Below are positions 1 through 9,030 of a stretch of 64,000 bases of DNA, piece by piece. Where the stretch lies: IMG/VR virus record IMGVR_UViG_2814123225_000005. One strand, written 5' to 3'. Source of the DNA: a virus. How positions within the stretch are numbered: the first letter of the stretch is position 1; every line of letters begins with the position of its first letter. Made by a program: the position numbers and the translations under genes. The notes beneath the pieces are model-generated. The model had not been told where the DNA came from, made no database searches, and saw nothing but the letters and a program-made list of their open reading frames with translations.

Positions 1-126
1 AATGTCATAAATTCTATCTGCGGCCTCTTCCTCTTTAAGTCCTTCTAGTTCTTCGTCATCAATTTCAACTTCATCTTCTCTGACAGCACCTGGGTACCCG
101 ATGCTAAGTCTATATTTTATTTTCAT
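1..126 (-). CDS. Phage hypothetical protein, partial (MKIKYRLSIGYPGAVREDEVEI...)
   Basis: ATG at 126 after GGAGG; frame open to window edge. Confidence 0.7.
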   Translation of the reverse strand, partial: MKIKYRLSIGYPGAVREDEVEIDDEELEGLKEEEAADRIYDI

Positions 127-188
127 AGTTAACCTCCATTTGGTTTTGATAGAAAAGGGGACCCTACATAGAATCCCCTACTGAATAA

Positions 189-644
189 TTACTGAACCTC
201 GAAGACTTCTGTAATTTCGAAGGTGCTATAATTTTTATCTTTTTCATAATCGACCACATATTCCATCACACCGTCGATCTTTTCGTGAATCTCTAATACT
301 AGATCACTGAATTGTTTGTAATTCTCAAATTCAATGTCCAAACCAGAATCTAATGATCTCAAAAACTCAATCGCTTTTTTAATAGTAAAGCCGATGTGCG
401 CAACTTGGTTGTAAAATAATTTCTGCCCTTTGTACTCACCGTCCAGAATCTTCATCCAGCAGGTCAACATTGGTTTACCAGACTTGGATTGAACTAGTTC
501 CAACTTTTCAATCTTCACTTCGTATGCACCTTCTGGAACCTCTGGGAACCCCCCTTGTTCCTCTGCCTGTTTTACCTCCTCTTTCAAAGCCTCAACATCA
601 ATCGTTTTGTCGAATTTTTCCCAAATGTTTGCCATAGTTATCAT
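189..644 (-). CDS. DUF669-like phage protein (putative ssDNA-binding)
   Basis: PEGAYEVKIEKLEL...SKSGKPML...ILDGEYKGQKLF pattern; follows the ATPase gene. Confidence 0.75.
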   Translation of the reverse strand: MITMANIWEKFDKTIDVEALKEEVKQAEEQGGFPEVPEGAYEVKIEKLELVQSKSGKPMLTCWMKILDGEYKGQKLFYNQVAHIGFTIKKAIEFLRSLDSGLDIEFENYKQFSDLVLEIHEKIDGVMEYVVDYEKDKNYSTFEITEVFEVQ

Positions 645-660
645 TTCTCCTTTTTAGTAA

Positions 661-2493
661 TTAATAGGGTAAGTCATCCGTTTTTCTTGAACGACGTGTC
701 CGTTTTGGTTTTTCTTCTGATAATTCATCTTTCCACGGTGGCACTTCGTCATTTTCAGTTTCCGCGGGTTTTTCTTCTACTTTTTTAGAGCGGCGTTTTC
801 TCTTTGGCTGTTCTTCCACATCCTGCTCCCCGGATTTTTCAGCCTCTAATGCGTCTAGTTTTTCTTTTTCTGCCTCCACTTCTGGATCAATGTCCTTTTC
901 CTGTTCTGTTTCTTTGTTCTTCCTGGAACGTTCACGCTTTGGATTTACTTCTGGTTTATCGGCATTCACCTCTTCATATAGTTTCAAGAATTCTGTATAT
1001 TCTAGCGGAATCTTCCGGGATCTTACTCCTAATCTACCGCCGCCAAATTCAACCTCGGACGTTTTGAAAGTCAACCAGCGTTCGTCATCTTCGGAAATAA
1101 CTCTTGCGACTAGTTGGACCATTCCGGCTATTTTATTCGCAGCTTTCTCCTGAATGTTTGGAGCAATTCTGGTTACCTTGTCGCCACTGCGGCGGGTCAA
1201 GTCTTTAGTCAGATCCTCGTGGGAAATTAAGATAATGTCATACGGTAAATTAAGCAGTCGGCGCATAGTAGATAAAAATTCGGTTCTGACCATGTCCCAA
1301 GCCTTGAAACTGTTGTCAGATTCATGCTCAATTCCTAATTTGTCATACATGTAGATCCGACAATGTTCGTATGTGTCTTCTAGCAAATCAACAATGATGG
1401 TTTGAAAATCGTTTTGCTTTTTCTCCAATTCATTGATCGTTTCTTTAAAGACTGCCCAGGCAAACTTTCGTTTAGTGATTCGACCTTCCACCGTCACATC
1501 ATCTTTGATTGAAATGAATGGGGAGTCGACAAAATCAATATTGCCATCAGTATTAAGCATTAGCGGCGCTGGAAACTTATTGGTAAACCATGTCTTCCCA
1601 CTGAATGGAGCTCCATAAATCCACAGTGTTTTGCGCTTAACACCACCGATTTCTCGGCGTTCATTTTTTGGTAAAATCATTGTGTCATCTCCTTCTAAAC
1701 AATAGTTTTTGTATTCGCACCAATCGCAAAGGACGGTTGGGTTTTTGGGATATTTGCTGGTTGACTGGATTTTGCTAATGGAATTCCAGAACGATTCTAC
1801 TTTTTGAAAATCATAGTCAATATAACGAACGTCGATTTTCAACGGTTCAACGGCATCTGCAATTCGCTTCCGGAATTCTAATACCGTTTCGCCTTTTTTG
1901 CGTTTGATCTTGGCGTATTTCCCCATCGTTCTGAGTTTAGGGATAAAGATAAAAGCGAGTCGATTCACCTTGAACCCTTCTTGTTCAAGATAATATTTAT
2001 ATAGATGAAGCTGTGCCGACTCCAGATAATGGCTAACGTTTTTGGAATATTTAAAGTCGTAAACGTCTACACTGCCGTCTGGGTTGGATACGATTAAGTC
2101 AACGAATCCTTTAAAGTCTGCTCGATCTATTTCATACTCATGGCGAAAATTACCGTCTAGCGAGTCCAGAAAGATTCGCAATTTCGATAGTAGAATGCAC
2201 AACTTAACCATTTCATCCACGTGATTATCTTCGATGATCGGGAACTGCGCATAATACCATTCCAACATTGATTTTTCCCCGTGTTCCGCACCCTGATGAA
2301 GGGCGTTTCCTACAATCATGTCATTGTCGGCATCTGGTCCATGTACAACCTGAATTTTATCGACATATCGGAATTGATATTGACGTGGGCATGTTTCATA
2401 CTTATTCACACGCGAATGTGAGAATTGAATCCTCTCCTCATCGGCAGTATTCACAATTGCAGCACGGGTCTTCTCCATCTGTTCGGCAGCCAC
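661..2493 (-). CDS. PD-(D/E)XK (RecB-like) nuclease fused to Sak4-like AAA ATPase with acidic/basic tail
   Basis: FSHSRV..CP, GFVDLIV, DFKYS, CDWCEY nuclease motifs; Walker A GAPFSGKT; Walker B IIVDLLED. Confidence 0.85.
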   Translation of the reverse strand: MAAEQMEKTRAAIVNTADEERIQFSHSRVNKYETCPRQYQFRYVDKIQVVHGPDADNDMIVGNALHQGAEHGEKSMLEWYYAQFPIIEDNHVDEMVKLCILLSKLRIFLDSLDGNFRHEYEIDRADFKGFVDLIVSNPDGSVDVYDFKYSKNVSHYLESAQLHLYKYYLEQEGFKVNRLAFIFIPKLRTMGKYAKIKRKKGETVLEFRKRIADAVEPLKIDVRYIDYDFQKVESFWNSISKIQSTSKYPKNPTVLCDWCEYKNYCLEGDDTMILPKNERREIGGVKRKTLWIYGAPFSGKTWFTNKFPAPLMLNTDGNIDFVDSPFISIKDDVTVEGRITKRKFAWAVFKETINELEKKQNDFQTIIVDLLEDTYEHCRIYMYDKLGIEHESDNSFKAWDMVRTEFLSTMRRLLNLPYDIILISHEDLTKDLTRRSGDKVTRIAPNIQEKAANKIAGMVQLVARVISEDDERWLTFKTSEVEFGGGRLGVRSRKIPLEYTEFLKLYEEVNADKPEVNPKRERSRKNKETEQEKDIDPEVEAEKEKLDALEAEKSGEQDVEEQPKRKRRSKKVEEKPAETENDEVPPWKDELSEEKPKRTRRSRKTDDLPY

Positions 2494-2785
2494 GTTTTCC
2501 TGTCACCTCCCTAATGAATCTCTTAAATGCTTCAAATTCAGAGGGACGCAAAACTATGGTCATACCGCCCGATTCAGAGATTCGGTTTAGGTTGTAATCT
2601 TGGAGTTTTGATGTGCGCCCCGTCTCTGATTTAAGTTCTATCGCAATAAAATGCCCCTTGGCACAGCAGAGTATGTCTGGGATGCCAGCACGTTGGTAGC
2701 CTCCACCCCAAACTTTCACGTACCATATGTCTGGTTGTGCGTTTAAAAAATTTGTTACTTTCTTCTGAAATTGGGCTTCTTTCAT
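2438..2785 (-). CDS. VRR-NUC domain nuclease
   Basis: MKEAQFQ...GIPDIL...FIAIELKS..GR.SKLQ. Confidence 0.88.
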   Translation of the reverse strand: MKEAQFQKKVTNFLNAQPDIWYVKVWGGGYQRAGIPDILCCAKGHFIAIELKSETGRTSKLQDYNLNRISESGGMTIVLRPSEFEAFKRFIREVTGKRGCRTDGEDPCCNCEYCR

Positions 2786-3102
2786 TTTTGCGCTGCCTCT
2801 TTTAATTTGAATCTTACAGATGGCTTAACTGGAGATGATTTCACATATTCAAAGTAGATCTTAGGGTAATCTTGTTGAAACTTCTTGCTGTCGAATGATT
2901 CCCGGCTGGTTGCATCTATATAGGTAACGGAAATATGGTCATCTTCAAACTTTTTGATATCGTGTCTTTCCATGAGTTCCATTAGTTGAACCTTTAGGGC
3001 ATTCCGGTCGAACTCCAATTTTTTGAATTTGGATTCGATATTTTTCAGCTTGTTTAAAACAGCAACGTCTTTTTTAGGCAAAATGAGTTGGGTATTACTC
3101 AT
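2782..3102 (-). CDS. Phage hypothetical protein
   Basis: Operon-coupled ORF; C-terminal FDSKKFQQDYP.IY.EYVK pattern typical of phage recombination modules. Confidence 0.75.
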   Translation of the reverse strand: MSNTQLILPKKDVAVLNKLKNIESKFKKLEFDRNALKVQLMELMERHDIKKFEDDHISVTYIDATSRESFDSKKFQQDYPKIYFEYVKSSPVKPSVRFKLKEAAQK

Positions 3103-3105
3103 GTT

Positions 3106-3453
3106 CTATCTCTCCTCCCAGTTAATTATTTTGACCCCTGTTATGCATCGATGAGCATCCCATTCGTTACATTCAAGTTCTAATTCATCCCCGTTTGGAT
3201 TGAAAAGTTTGATGTATTTCGCATACTCTTCCTCGTCTAATTCAATATGTTTCTGATTTTCTGGAAACTTCATGTTCGGTGAGAATTCACCCATTTCTAT
3301 GTCACTTAACGCACAGCCGAGGATAGTACCACCAAAGCAATTTCCGCCCATTTGATAGATGACAGTGCCTTTAAAATCGTCGAACTGAAATGTCAGTTCT
3401 ATTGTGTGTCTGATATCTCTTGGGAATGATCCACTTCCTATATATGTGTTCAT
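3106..3453 (-). CDS. Hypothetical protein (DUF5406-like)
   Basis: HTIELTFQ..DFKG.VIYQMGGNC.G pattern; SD GGAGG. Confidence 0.55.
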   Translation of the reverse strand: MNTYIGSGSFPRDIRHTIELTFQFDDFKGTVIYQMGGNCFGGTILGCALSDIEMGEFSPNMKFPENQKHIELDEEEYAKYIKLFNPNGDELELECNEWDAHRCITGVKIINWEER

Positions 3454-3455
3454 GG

Positions 3456-4721
3456 TTAATCCTCCAATTCTTCAAATAGATATTGAGTAAAATCTTTTCG
3501 TTTCTTGAGCGTTTCGTATATGTGTTCTTCTATGGAACCTTTTGTAACCAAGTAATAGTAGAAACAAGTATCTGACTGCTGCCCAATCCGGCGAATACGC
3601 GCTAGTGATTGTTCGAATAAAATACTGTCTAGCGGCGGTGACATATACACAGCGTGCTTTGCTAACTGTAGATTTTCTCCAAGTGCACCGGATTGAAATT
3701 GAACCGCAGTAACGGAGTCGTCACGCTCCAGATAAGCTGTTAAATCTCTCCCGTCTCCATTGATCATAGAGAGTGGGCGTTCAAGTGTTTGACAAAGGTT
3801 TTGGATGACCTCAAACTCAGCACGGAAGTTGTAAAATACGATCACTCTATCGGAAGTCGATTCCAAAAGTTCTCTCAGTCGTTCTGGTTTTTCCGGATTG
3901 TACATGCCAGCAAGTTGACGAAGATAAAGCATCTTAGTTAATGTCGTATCTCCCACCAATGTCTTACCGTCAATTTCAATCATTCGGTGTTTTTGGAATT
4001 CCCGATATTGTTTTGTCTTTTTTACCGATAGGATTGTATCCACTTTCTCAGGGAGTACGATTCCAGCGTCATCCGTCGTCATGAAAATTGCACCATGCTG
4101 TCTCAATTTCCCCTTGAGACGATCAATATTTTTGTAACCAGTGATCACGCGAATTGGAAATCCGCCCACATTTTCAATAGTTTTCGTCTTGATGTACTGG
4201 TCCCAATACAACTTTTTTGATATCCGCCATCCCAACAATTGAGCTTGTGCCCATAGTTGCTCATACTTTCCCCCTGTCGGGGTACCGCTGAGAAGGATTA
4301 AATTGTCAAAGGACAGAGACATAATAAACTTGGTTCTTTTGGCTTTTTCGTTGGCTAAATAGGACGATTCATCACAGATGAGTGTATAGTTAGATAAATT
4401 CCGAATTTCTGGTCTACGCCAAATGCGGTCATAATTAATGATAAGAATGCAGGCTTGGGGTAGATCATGAATGGATTGTTTATCAAACTTGATAACCGGG
4501 TAATTGTAATACTGTTCGAAATGACCCGCCCAATCCTCAATTTTGGATTTCTGGCAGACGACCAATGCAATAGGTGCGCCTAATTGTCGATGTTTTTCCC
4601 CGGCTAAAAATGTCTTTCCCAATCCCATAGAAGCGTAATAGGCAACACGATTGAAAGCTTTAGTTTGTTCAAGCAGTTTCACTTGGTGCGGAAATAGTTT
4701 GATAATGCTATCACCTTCCAA
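3456..4721 (-). CDS. SNF2-related superfamily 2 helicase
   Basis: MGLGKT, LICDESS, LSGTP, QSLARIRRIGQ motifs. Confidence 0.9.
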   Translation of the reverse strand: MEGDSIIKLFPHQVKLLEQTKAFNRVAYYASMGLGKTFLAGEKHRQLGAPIALVVCQKSKIEDWAGHFEQYYNYPVIKFDKQSIHDLPQACILIINYDRIWRRPEIRNLSNYTLICDESSYLANEKAKRTKFIMSLSFDNLILLSGTPTGGKYEQLWAQAQLLGWRISKKLYWDQYIKTKTIENVGGFPIRVITGYKNIDRLKGKLRQHGAIFMTTDDAGIVLPEKVDTILSVKKTKQYREFQKHRMIEIDGKTLVGDTTLTKMLYLRQLAGMYNPEKPERLRELLESTSDRVIVFYNFRAEFEVIQNLCQTLERPLSMINGDGRDLTAYLERDDSVTAVQFQSGALGENLQLAKHAVYMSPPLDSILFEQSLARIRRIGQQSDTCFYYYLVTKGSIEEHIYETLKKRKDFTQYLFEELED

Positions 4722-4724
4722 CTT

Positions 4725-4979
4725 TCATATCATCACCAGATTCTTTATCTCTGCGATGCAGTTCTTACAGATGTTACGATCAAAAAATGTCTGTAAATCG
4801 CCGCCAACTTTACCACAGAGATAGCAACCCGGTTCATATTTCTTCAGCATAATGCGCTCACCGTCTACATAGATTTCGAGAGCATCCCTTTCACCAATGC
4901 CTAAAGTAGTACGGAGTTCTTTTGGGATAACTACTCGCCCTAAATCATCCAATTTCCTTACAATTCCGGTTGCTTTCAT
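4725..4979 (-). CDS. abrB: AbrB-family transcription regulator with C-terminal Cys cluster
   Basis: MKATGIVRKLDDLGRVVIPKELR; CYLCG...CKNC. Confidence 0.9.
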   Translation of the reverse strand: MKATGIVRKLDDLGRVVIPKELRTTLGIGERDALEIYVDGERIMLKKYEPGCYLCGKVGGDLQTFFDRNICKNCIAEIKNLVMI

Positions 4980-5295
4980 TGATTAGCGCCTCCCCACACA
5001 ATTCTTTAAGAATGTTGTCAATATGATGAGTAGCCTTTGAGACCGCATTTTCTGCGTCTCCCCATCTAAGCATTCTTTTCACTTCCATTAAGGCGTTCAC
5101 AAGTTCCAGTTCCCGTTTACGATAAGTCGATACCTTCTCTTGCAATTTGCTTACTTCTTCTTCAAACGGTCTGATAGCTACAACTCCATGGAACGAACCC
5201 GTTTCTTTATAAGCAAACTTAGCTGCTTCATACGCTTCTTCAGGTGTATCGTACGTTGCCAAAATATAATCATCTACCTTAATTCCGTATATCAT
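4945..5295 (-). CDS. Phage hypothetical protein
   Basis: SD GGAGG plus ATG; its first 83 bp recur at 48075-48157. Confidence 0.75.
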   Translation of the reverse strand: MIYGIKVDDYILATYDTPEEAYEAAKFAYKETGSFHGVVAIRPFEEEVSKLQEKVSTYRKRELELVNALMEVKRMLRWGDAENAVSKATHHIDNILKELCGEALINESNRNCKEIG

Positions 5296-5309
5296 TGATT
5301 AGCGCCTCC
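4976..5309. repeat. 18-bp direct repeat TCATTGATTAGCGCCTCC (4976-4993, 5292-5309)
   Basis: Exact copies, each being the SD plus ATG of consecutive genes on the minus strand. Confidence 0.85.
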
Positions 5310-5451
5310 AATTTTTAACTTTTATTTGAATTGTTCATTTTGGAAATTAGTTCGCGAAGGAATGGGTTGAGGAACCCCGGATCGTCATTATGATCTTCCC
5401 CCTCGATTTCTTCCCAACACTCTTCACAAAGTTCATCAAGTGATTGTTTTT

Positions 5452-5718
5452 TCATAGTACAGTTCCTCCTTGCTCTTTACTCGCCCATTGTGGTATAGTT
5501 AATGTAATAATGTTTGCATTCGAACGGTCATCTTGGCGGACAGCCGTTCTAGATTTGTGGGCTTCTTCGATTTCTTTTTCTATTTCTTCAATTTGGGCGG
5601 TAATGACCCAATCCCAAGTGCCATCTTTTTCATGGTGCTTTTTGTTTTGACGATAGATTAACTTGAGTTCTTCGATACGCCGCCTAGCGGATTTGAAATC
5701 GTACATTTGATTTTTCAC
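5452..5718 (-). CDS. Hypothetical protein
   Basis: ORF in operon with overlap to neighbours. Confidence 0.65.
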   Translation of the reverse strand: MKNQMYDFKSARRRIEELKLIYRQNKKHHEKDGTWDWVITAQIEEIEKEIEEAHKSRTAVRQDDRSNANIITLTIPQWASKEQGGTVL

Positions 5719-6413
5719 CTCCTTTCAGAAACTACTGACAAGTATTCTTTAAGTTGTTTACCAATGAATTCTGTATAGGCTGGAGGTATGGCCTCAGCAA
5801 GCTCTTCCCTACTCATCCAGTCAATACCACCCATGGCGAAACCCCAATAAAGTACAATTTGTTTTGATTTTAGTCCTCTAACCCCACCATTACCGCAAAT
5901 AGAGATACTGCCATCTTCTCCTATCCCATTTCCTGCCGATGGAGTTTTCATCTTTACTCGTGCTTGAACGGGTTCTTTAAGTGGAATATTACTTTCAAAC
6001 CATCTTTCACGTTGCGTATATAGATTCTTGAATTGCGAGCCAAAAAGTTTGATAGGGTTTATTAATGGCGAACCCGCAACATTCTCAATGATATATGGCT
6101 TTCCAGATGCTTTTAGCAATTCTCTTGTCTGAGGTATCAAATTTTTATGATCGCCGTATCTACCGCCATTTCTTGCTTCAGATAAACCCCTCGCTTTGCT
6201 GTGTGCTTGACAGGGAGGGCTTGCGTGGATTACATCAAATTGATCTATGAGTTCATGATCTTTTAATACCTCAAACGCATCTGCCCAAATGAATTCATAT
6301 GGATAGTTTGGCTGAGGTTCGATATCCACGCCAATAACCTCAAAACCAGCACTAGCGTAACCTGCCGAACAACCGCCTGCTTTACAAAACAAATCCAATA
6401 ATTTTGGTTTCAT
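5715..6413 (-). CDS. Compact phage DNA (cytosine-5) methyltransferase
   Basis: LLDLFCKAGG (motif I), ASPPCQ (IV), IIENV (VI), AEAIPPAYT (X). Confidence 0.88.
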   Translation of the reverse strand: MKPKLLDLFCKAGGCSAGYASAGFEVIGVDIEPQPNYPYEFIWADAFEVLKDHELIDQFDVIHASPPCQAHSKARGLSEARNGGRYGDHKNLIPQTRELLKASGKPYIIENVAGSPLINPIKLFGSQFKNLYTQRERWFESNIPLKEPVQARVKMKTPSAGNGIGEDGSISICGNGGVRGLKSKQIVLYWGFAMGGIDWMSREELAEAIPPAYTEFIGKQLKEYLSVVSERR

Positions 6414-6420
6414 GCCCCTT

Positions 6421-6714
6421 TTAACCTTTCTTTCGTAATGTAAGTTTCACGTTTTCCAGTACAAGTGCATACTCCTGAATAGTTTTTAGCTCAAGGTTAA
6501 CTTCGTAGATACCCTTAATCCTTCCCGAGCTCGCGGAGAACGTGGTAGAGCTTCTGGCGTGTCTTCTACTATAAGAGAGGTACCATTCCCTTAAGTCATT
6601 AAGTACCTCCTCTTTAGTGCCATACGATACAACCCTATCGCCGCCCCCTGTGAGGGATTCCAATCTAATCAGCCAAACTTTCAATTTTATCTCCTCCTTC
6701 ATCATCAATATCAT
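6421..6714 (-). CDS. Hypothetical protein
   Basis: ORF; likely TTG start after AAGGAGG. Confidence 0.6.
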   Translation of the reverse strand: MILMMKEEIKLKVWLIRLESLTGGGDRVVSYGTKEEVLNDLREWYLSYSRRHARSSTTFSASSGRIKGIYEVNLELKTIQEYALVLENVKLTLRKKG

Positions 6715-6877
6715 CAGGAATCATAATTTCACAATCCTTACACTCATAGATTCCTTGGTTCCAGTGCTCCATTTCATCTCCGCAAAAAGGACAGATCATC
6801 TCTTTCCCCTCCCTACCATTTTGAGATATCAAAACTAACCTTTACCTCTGGTGTAACCTTATTTCTGACATCCAAAC

Positions 6878-7036
6878 TTAACTAAGCTTTCGTGCCTGAA
6901 GTCTCGCTTTAGCTTCTTCGTCGATTGCGGAAATCAAGCGTGAACGTCTAATTTCACCTTTTTCCACTTCTCCTGATTGAATCTCTCTCATCCTTCGGGT
7001 GACGGCCTTCTCAAATTCCACCTTTAACTTATCCAT
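6878..7036 (-). CDS. Hypothetical protein
   Basis: ATG 7036 after GAGGTG. Confidence 0.55.
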   Translation of the reverse strand: MDKLKVEFEKAVTRRMREIQSGEVEKGEIRRSRLISAIDEEAKARLQARKLS

Positions 7037-7049
7037 CTCTTTCACCTCC

Positions 7050-7289
7050 TTACTGTAGTTTGGTAGCATCCCGCTCTGCTTTGAGCTTTTGGTACACTTC
7101 AAGTATTACCGTCTCATTACTGGAAAGAAGTTCCTCAGGAAAACCTAACGATTTAGACGTTTGAAGCATATAGGCTACACCAAATTCAAGGTCTTCCAAG
7201 TTTTCTTTGGCTGCCGAACGAATTACAAATTCTACGAAATCAACAAGTTTGGCCCACAATTCTTTTTCAATGTCATTATTCATTCTCAA
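7050..7289 (-). CDS. Hypothetical protein
   Basis: ORF with SD. Confidence 0.6.
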   Translation of the reverse strand: MRMNNDIEKELWAKLVDFVEFVIRSAAKENLEDLEFGVAYMLQTSKSLGFPEELLSSNETVILEVYQKLKAERDATKLQ

Positions 7290-7298
7290 ATCCTCCTT

Positions 7299-7682
7299 TT
7301 AATTAACCATTGCTTCTAGCTTCTTGATTGTCAGTCTTAATTGACCCAAGTCATCAGCTAAGATCCATTTACTTGTCGCATTATCTATCTGACCAATTCT
7401 ACTAATGCGAAATTCTAAGGCATCTGTTACCTCTTGTAGATGTGAAAGAATTTCTTTTAAATGTTCTCCGGGTCTTGGTATATTAGATCCTCCTTTTGGG
7501 GGTGGCAGTTCGCCATGTTTGAAATACTGACGCAACTCTCTATAAAGAGTATCTGCCGTTTCACTGATCAGCTTTAATCGTTCCGGCGAACTATTTTCTA
7601 CCGTAATCTCAATGGCGACTGTTTCACCAGTTGCCTCAAAGGCAGTGCTTTTCTTTAGATGGATTGTGCCATTTTCATTCAT
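7299..7682 (-). CDS. Hypothetical protein
   Basis: ORF with SD AAGGAG. Confidence 0.65.
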   Translation of the reverse strand: MNENGTIHLKKSTAFEATGETVAIEITVENSSPERLKLISETADTLYRELRQYFKHGELPPPKGGSNIPRPGEHLKEILSHLQEVTDALEFRISRIGQIDNATSKWILADDLGQLRLTIKKLEAMVN

Positions 7683-7766
7683 CTTTGTTTTCTCCTTTTA
7701 AAATTTTCCTTTTCTGGTAAAATGAAAGTTGTTGAGGTTACTTCTTTCAGAAAGGAGGTGAAAAAT

Positions 7767-8279
7767 GTGTATACAGTCCAACAATTACAGGCACTAGATT
7801 TCTTGGTTAAAACAATTACGAATCATAATTCGTACACTTTGTATAACAAAAATCTGAAACTTGTGATTGAATTGAATAACTCGTATTGGTATGGCGACTT
7901 TATTGAAATGGAAAATAGACAAGTGCGACAGCCATACATTGATCATCTTGGTGATATCGAATACGAATATTTCCATTCTCACCTTGGAGGCAATCCGACA
8001 ACTATACTCAAACAAATTTCAGAGGCTTTCAGTAGAAAACTTGAAAGTTTCCAAACGAAATATTCTGATCACAGTCCACTAACTAAACTTAATAACTTAC
8101 CTTTGTTTTATGAAACAATAGTTAAAACACTAGATGAAGCAGAAATTACTGAAGAATCAACCCCATTCCGTCCTTATTTACTCAATGCCCATACAATAGA
8201 TGGTAATTCGCATTTGCCATTTATTAATCTTGAGGGCGAGAAGATAAAGTTAGTTTCAATAATGGAGATTACTGATTAA
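7767..8279 (+). CDS. AT-rich opposite-strand accessory gene (moron), unknown function
   Basis: GTG after AAAGGAGGTG; runs against operon direction; visibly AT-rich. Confidence 0.7.
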   Translation: MYTVQQLQALDFLVKTITNHNSYTLYNKNLKLVIELNNSYWYGDFIEMENRQVRQPYIDHLGDIEYEYFHSHLGGNPTTILKQISEAFSRKLESFQTKYSDHSPLTKLNNLPLFYETIVKTLDEAEITEESTPFRPYLLNAHTIDGNSHLPFINLEGEKIKLVSIMEITD

Positions 8280-8520
8280 TTCTCTTGTAATAACTTCTGA
8301 TTACATCAAATATCATTTCTTCTTTTTCAACTTCCGATATTGCTTCATCAAGAATCTCAGAGATTCGCTTTTTCAGATGAAAGAGCGGGTCTCTTTCTAT
8401 TTTTCTTCTTTGCAAGATGTAATAGGCGTCACTAACCCAAAAAGAAAATTCGGTCAAGTTCATTTCTTTTAATTTTTGTGAAGTTGGTAAATATGGTTTA
8501 AGTTCATTCTCGTGTGTCAT
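8269..8520 (-). CDS. Hypothetical protein, homologue of 27153-27410
   Basis: Shared RK.ERDPLFHLK..ISEIL motif. Confidence 0.75.
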   Translation of the reverse strand: MTHENELKPYLPTSQKLKEMNLTEFSFWVSDAYYILQRRKIERDPLFHLKKRISEILDEAISEVEKEEMIFDVIRSYYKRINQ

Positions 8521-8653
8521 GCTATCTCTCCTTTTTTGAATTTATTTACAAAGTAAACTTGCCCTTTACCCGTAACTTTTGGAGTTTTGGTTATCCTTGT
8601 GCTGCCATCCGGATTAGTTCTTCCTCTCGGCTAATGTAGTCCATACCCATGGG

Positions 8654-8881
8654 TTAGCTTTTTGATCCATCTTCGGGCTCCTTCAGCCAGTTCTCCAAAA
8701 AATCGACTTCCTTTTGAATCTGCTTTTTGATAATTGTTGCTAATTCGCCGCCCACAATATCCTCATAAATGCGATCCCCATTCTCAGTGCATACATAGAG
8801 CCACCCTTTATAGTTATCCAACAGGCTCATGCGCCCCTTGAGTTGTTCAAGACGTCTTTTTATAGATTCCATTTCATTCAT
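8654..8881 (-). CDS. Hypothetical protein
   Basis: ORF with AAAGGAG SD. Confidence 0.65.
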   Translation of the reverse strand: MNEMESIKRRLEQLKGRMSLLDNYKGWLYVCTENGDRIYEDIVGGELATIIKKQIQKEVDFLENWLKEPEDGSKS

Positions 8882-9009
8882 TCATCTTCAGCTCCTTTCG
8901 GTTCTGTAAGGAATGAGAAACTTTCTTCAGCGTCTTTTATGTTTTGCTCAATGATAGCTTCGAGTTCTTCCATTGATAATTCATTTAATTTATCGACCAA
9001 ATTACTCAT
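8878..9009 (-). CDS. 43-aa acidic peptide, homologue of 62278-62400
   Basis: MSNLVDKLNELSMEELEAIIEQNIKDAEE...; SD AGGAG; below ORF-track cutoff. Confidence 0.65.
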   Translation of the reverse strand: MSNLVDKLNELSMEELEAIIEQNIKDAEESFSFLTEPKGAEDE

Positions 9010-9030
9010 GTTTCACGCTCCTGTACCGTT

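Noticed and set aside
2428-2430. ATT start for the prophage 1 nuclease-ATPase as another near-cognate start
   Set aside because: An in-frame GTG at 2493 has a strong upstream GGAGGTGA, so the evidence is ambiguous
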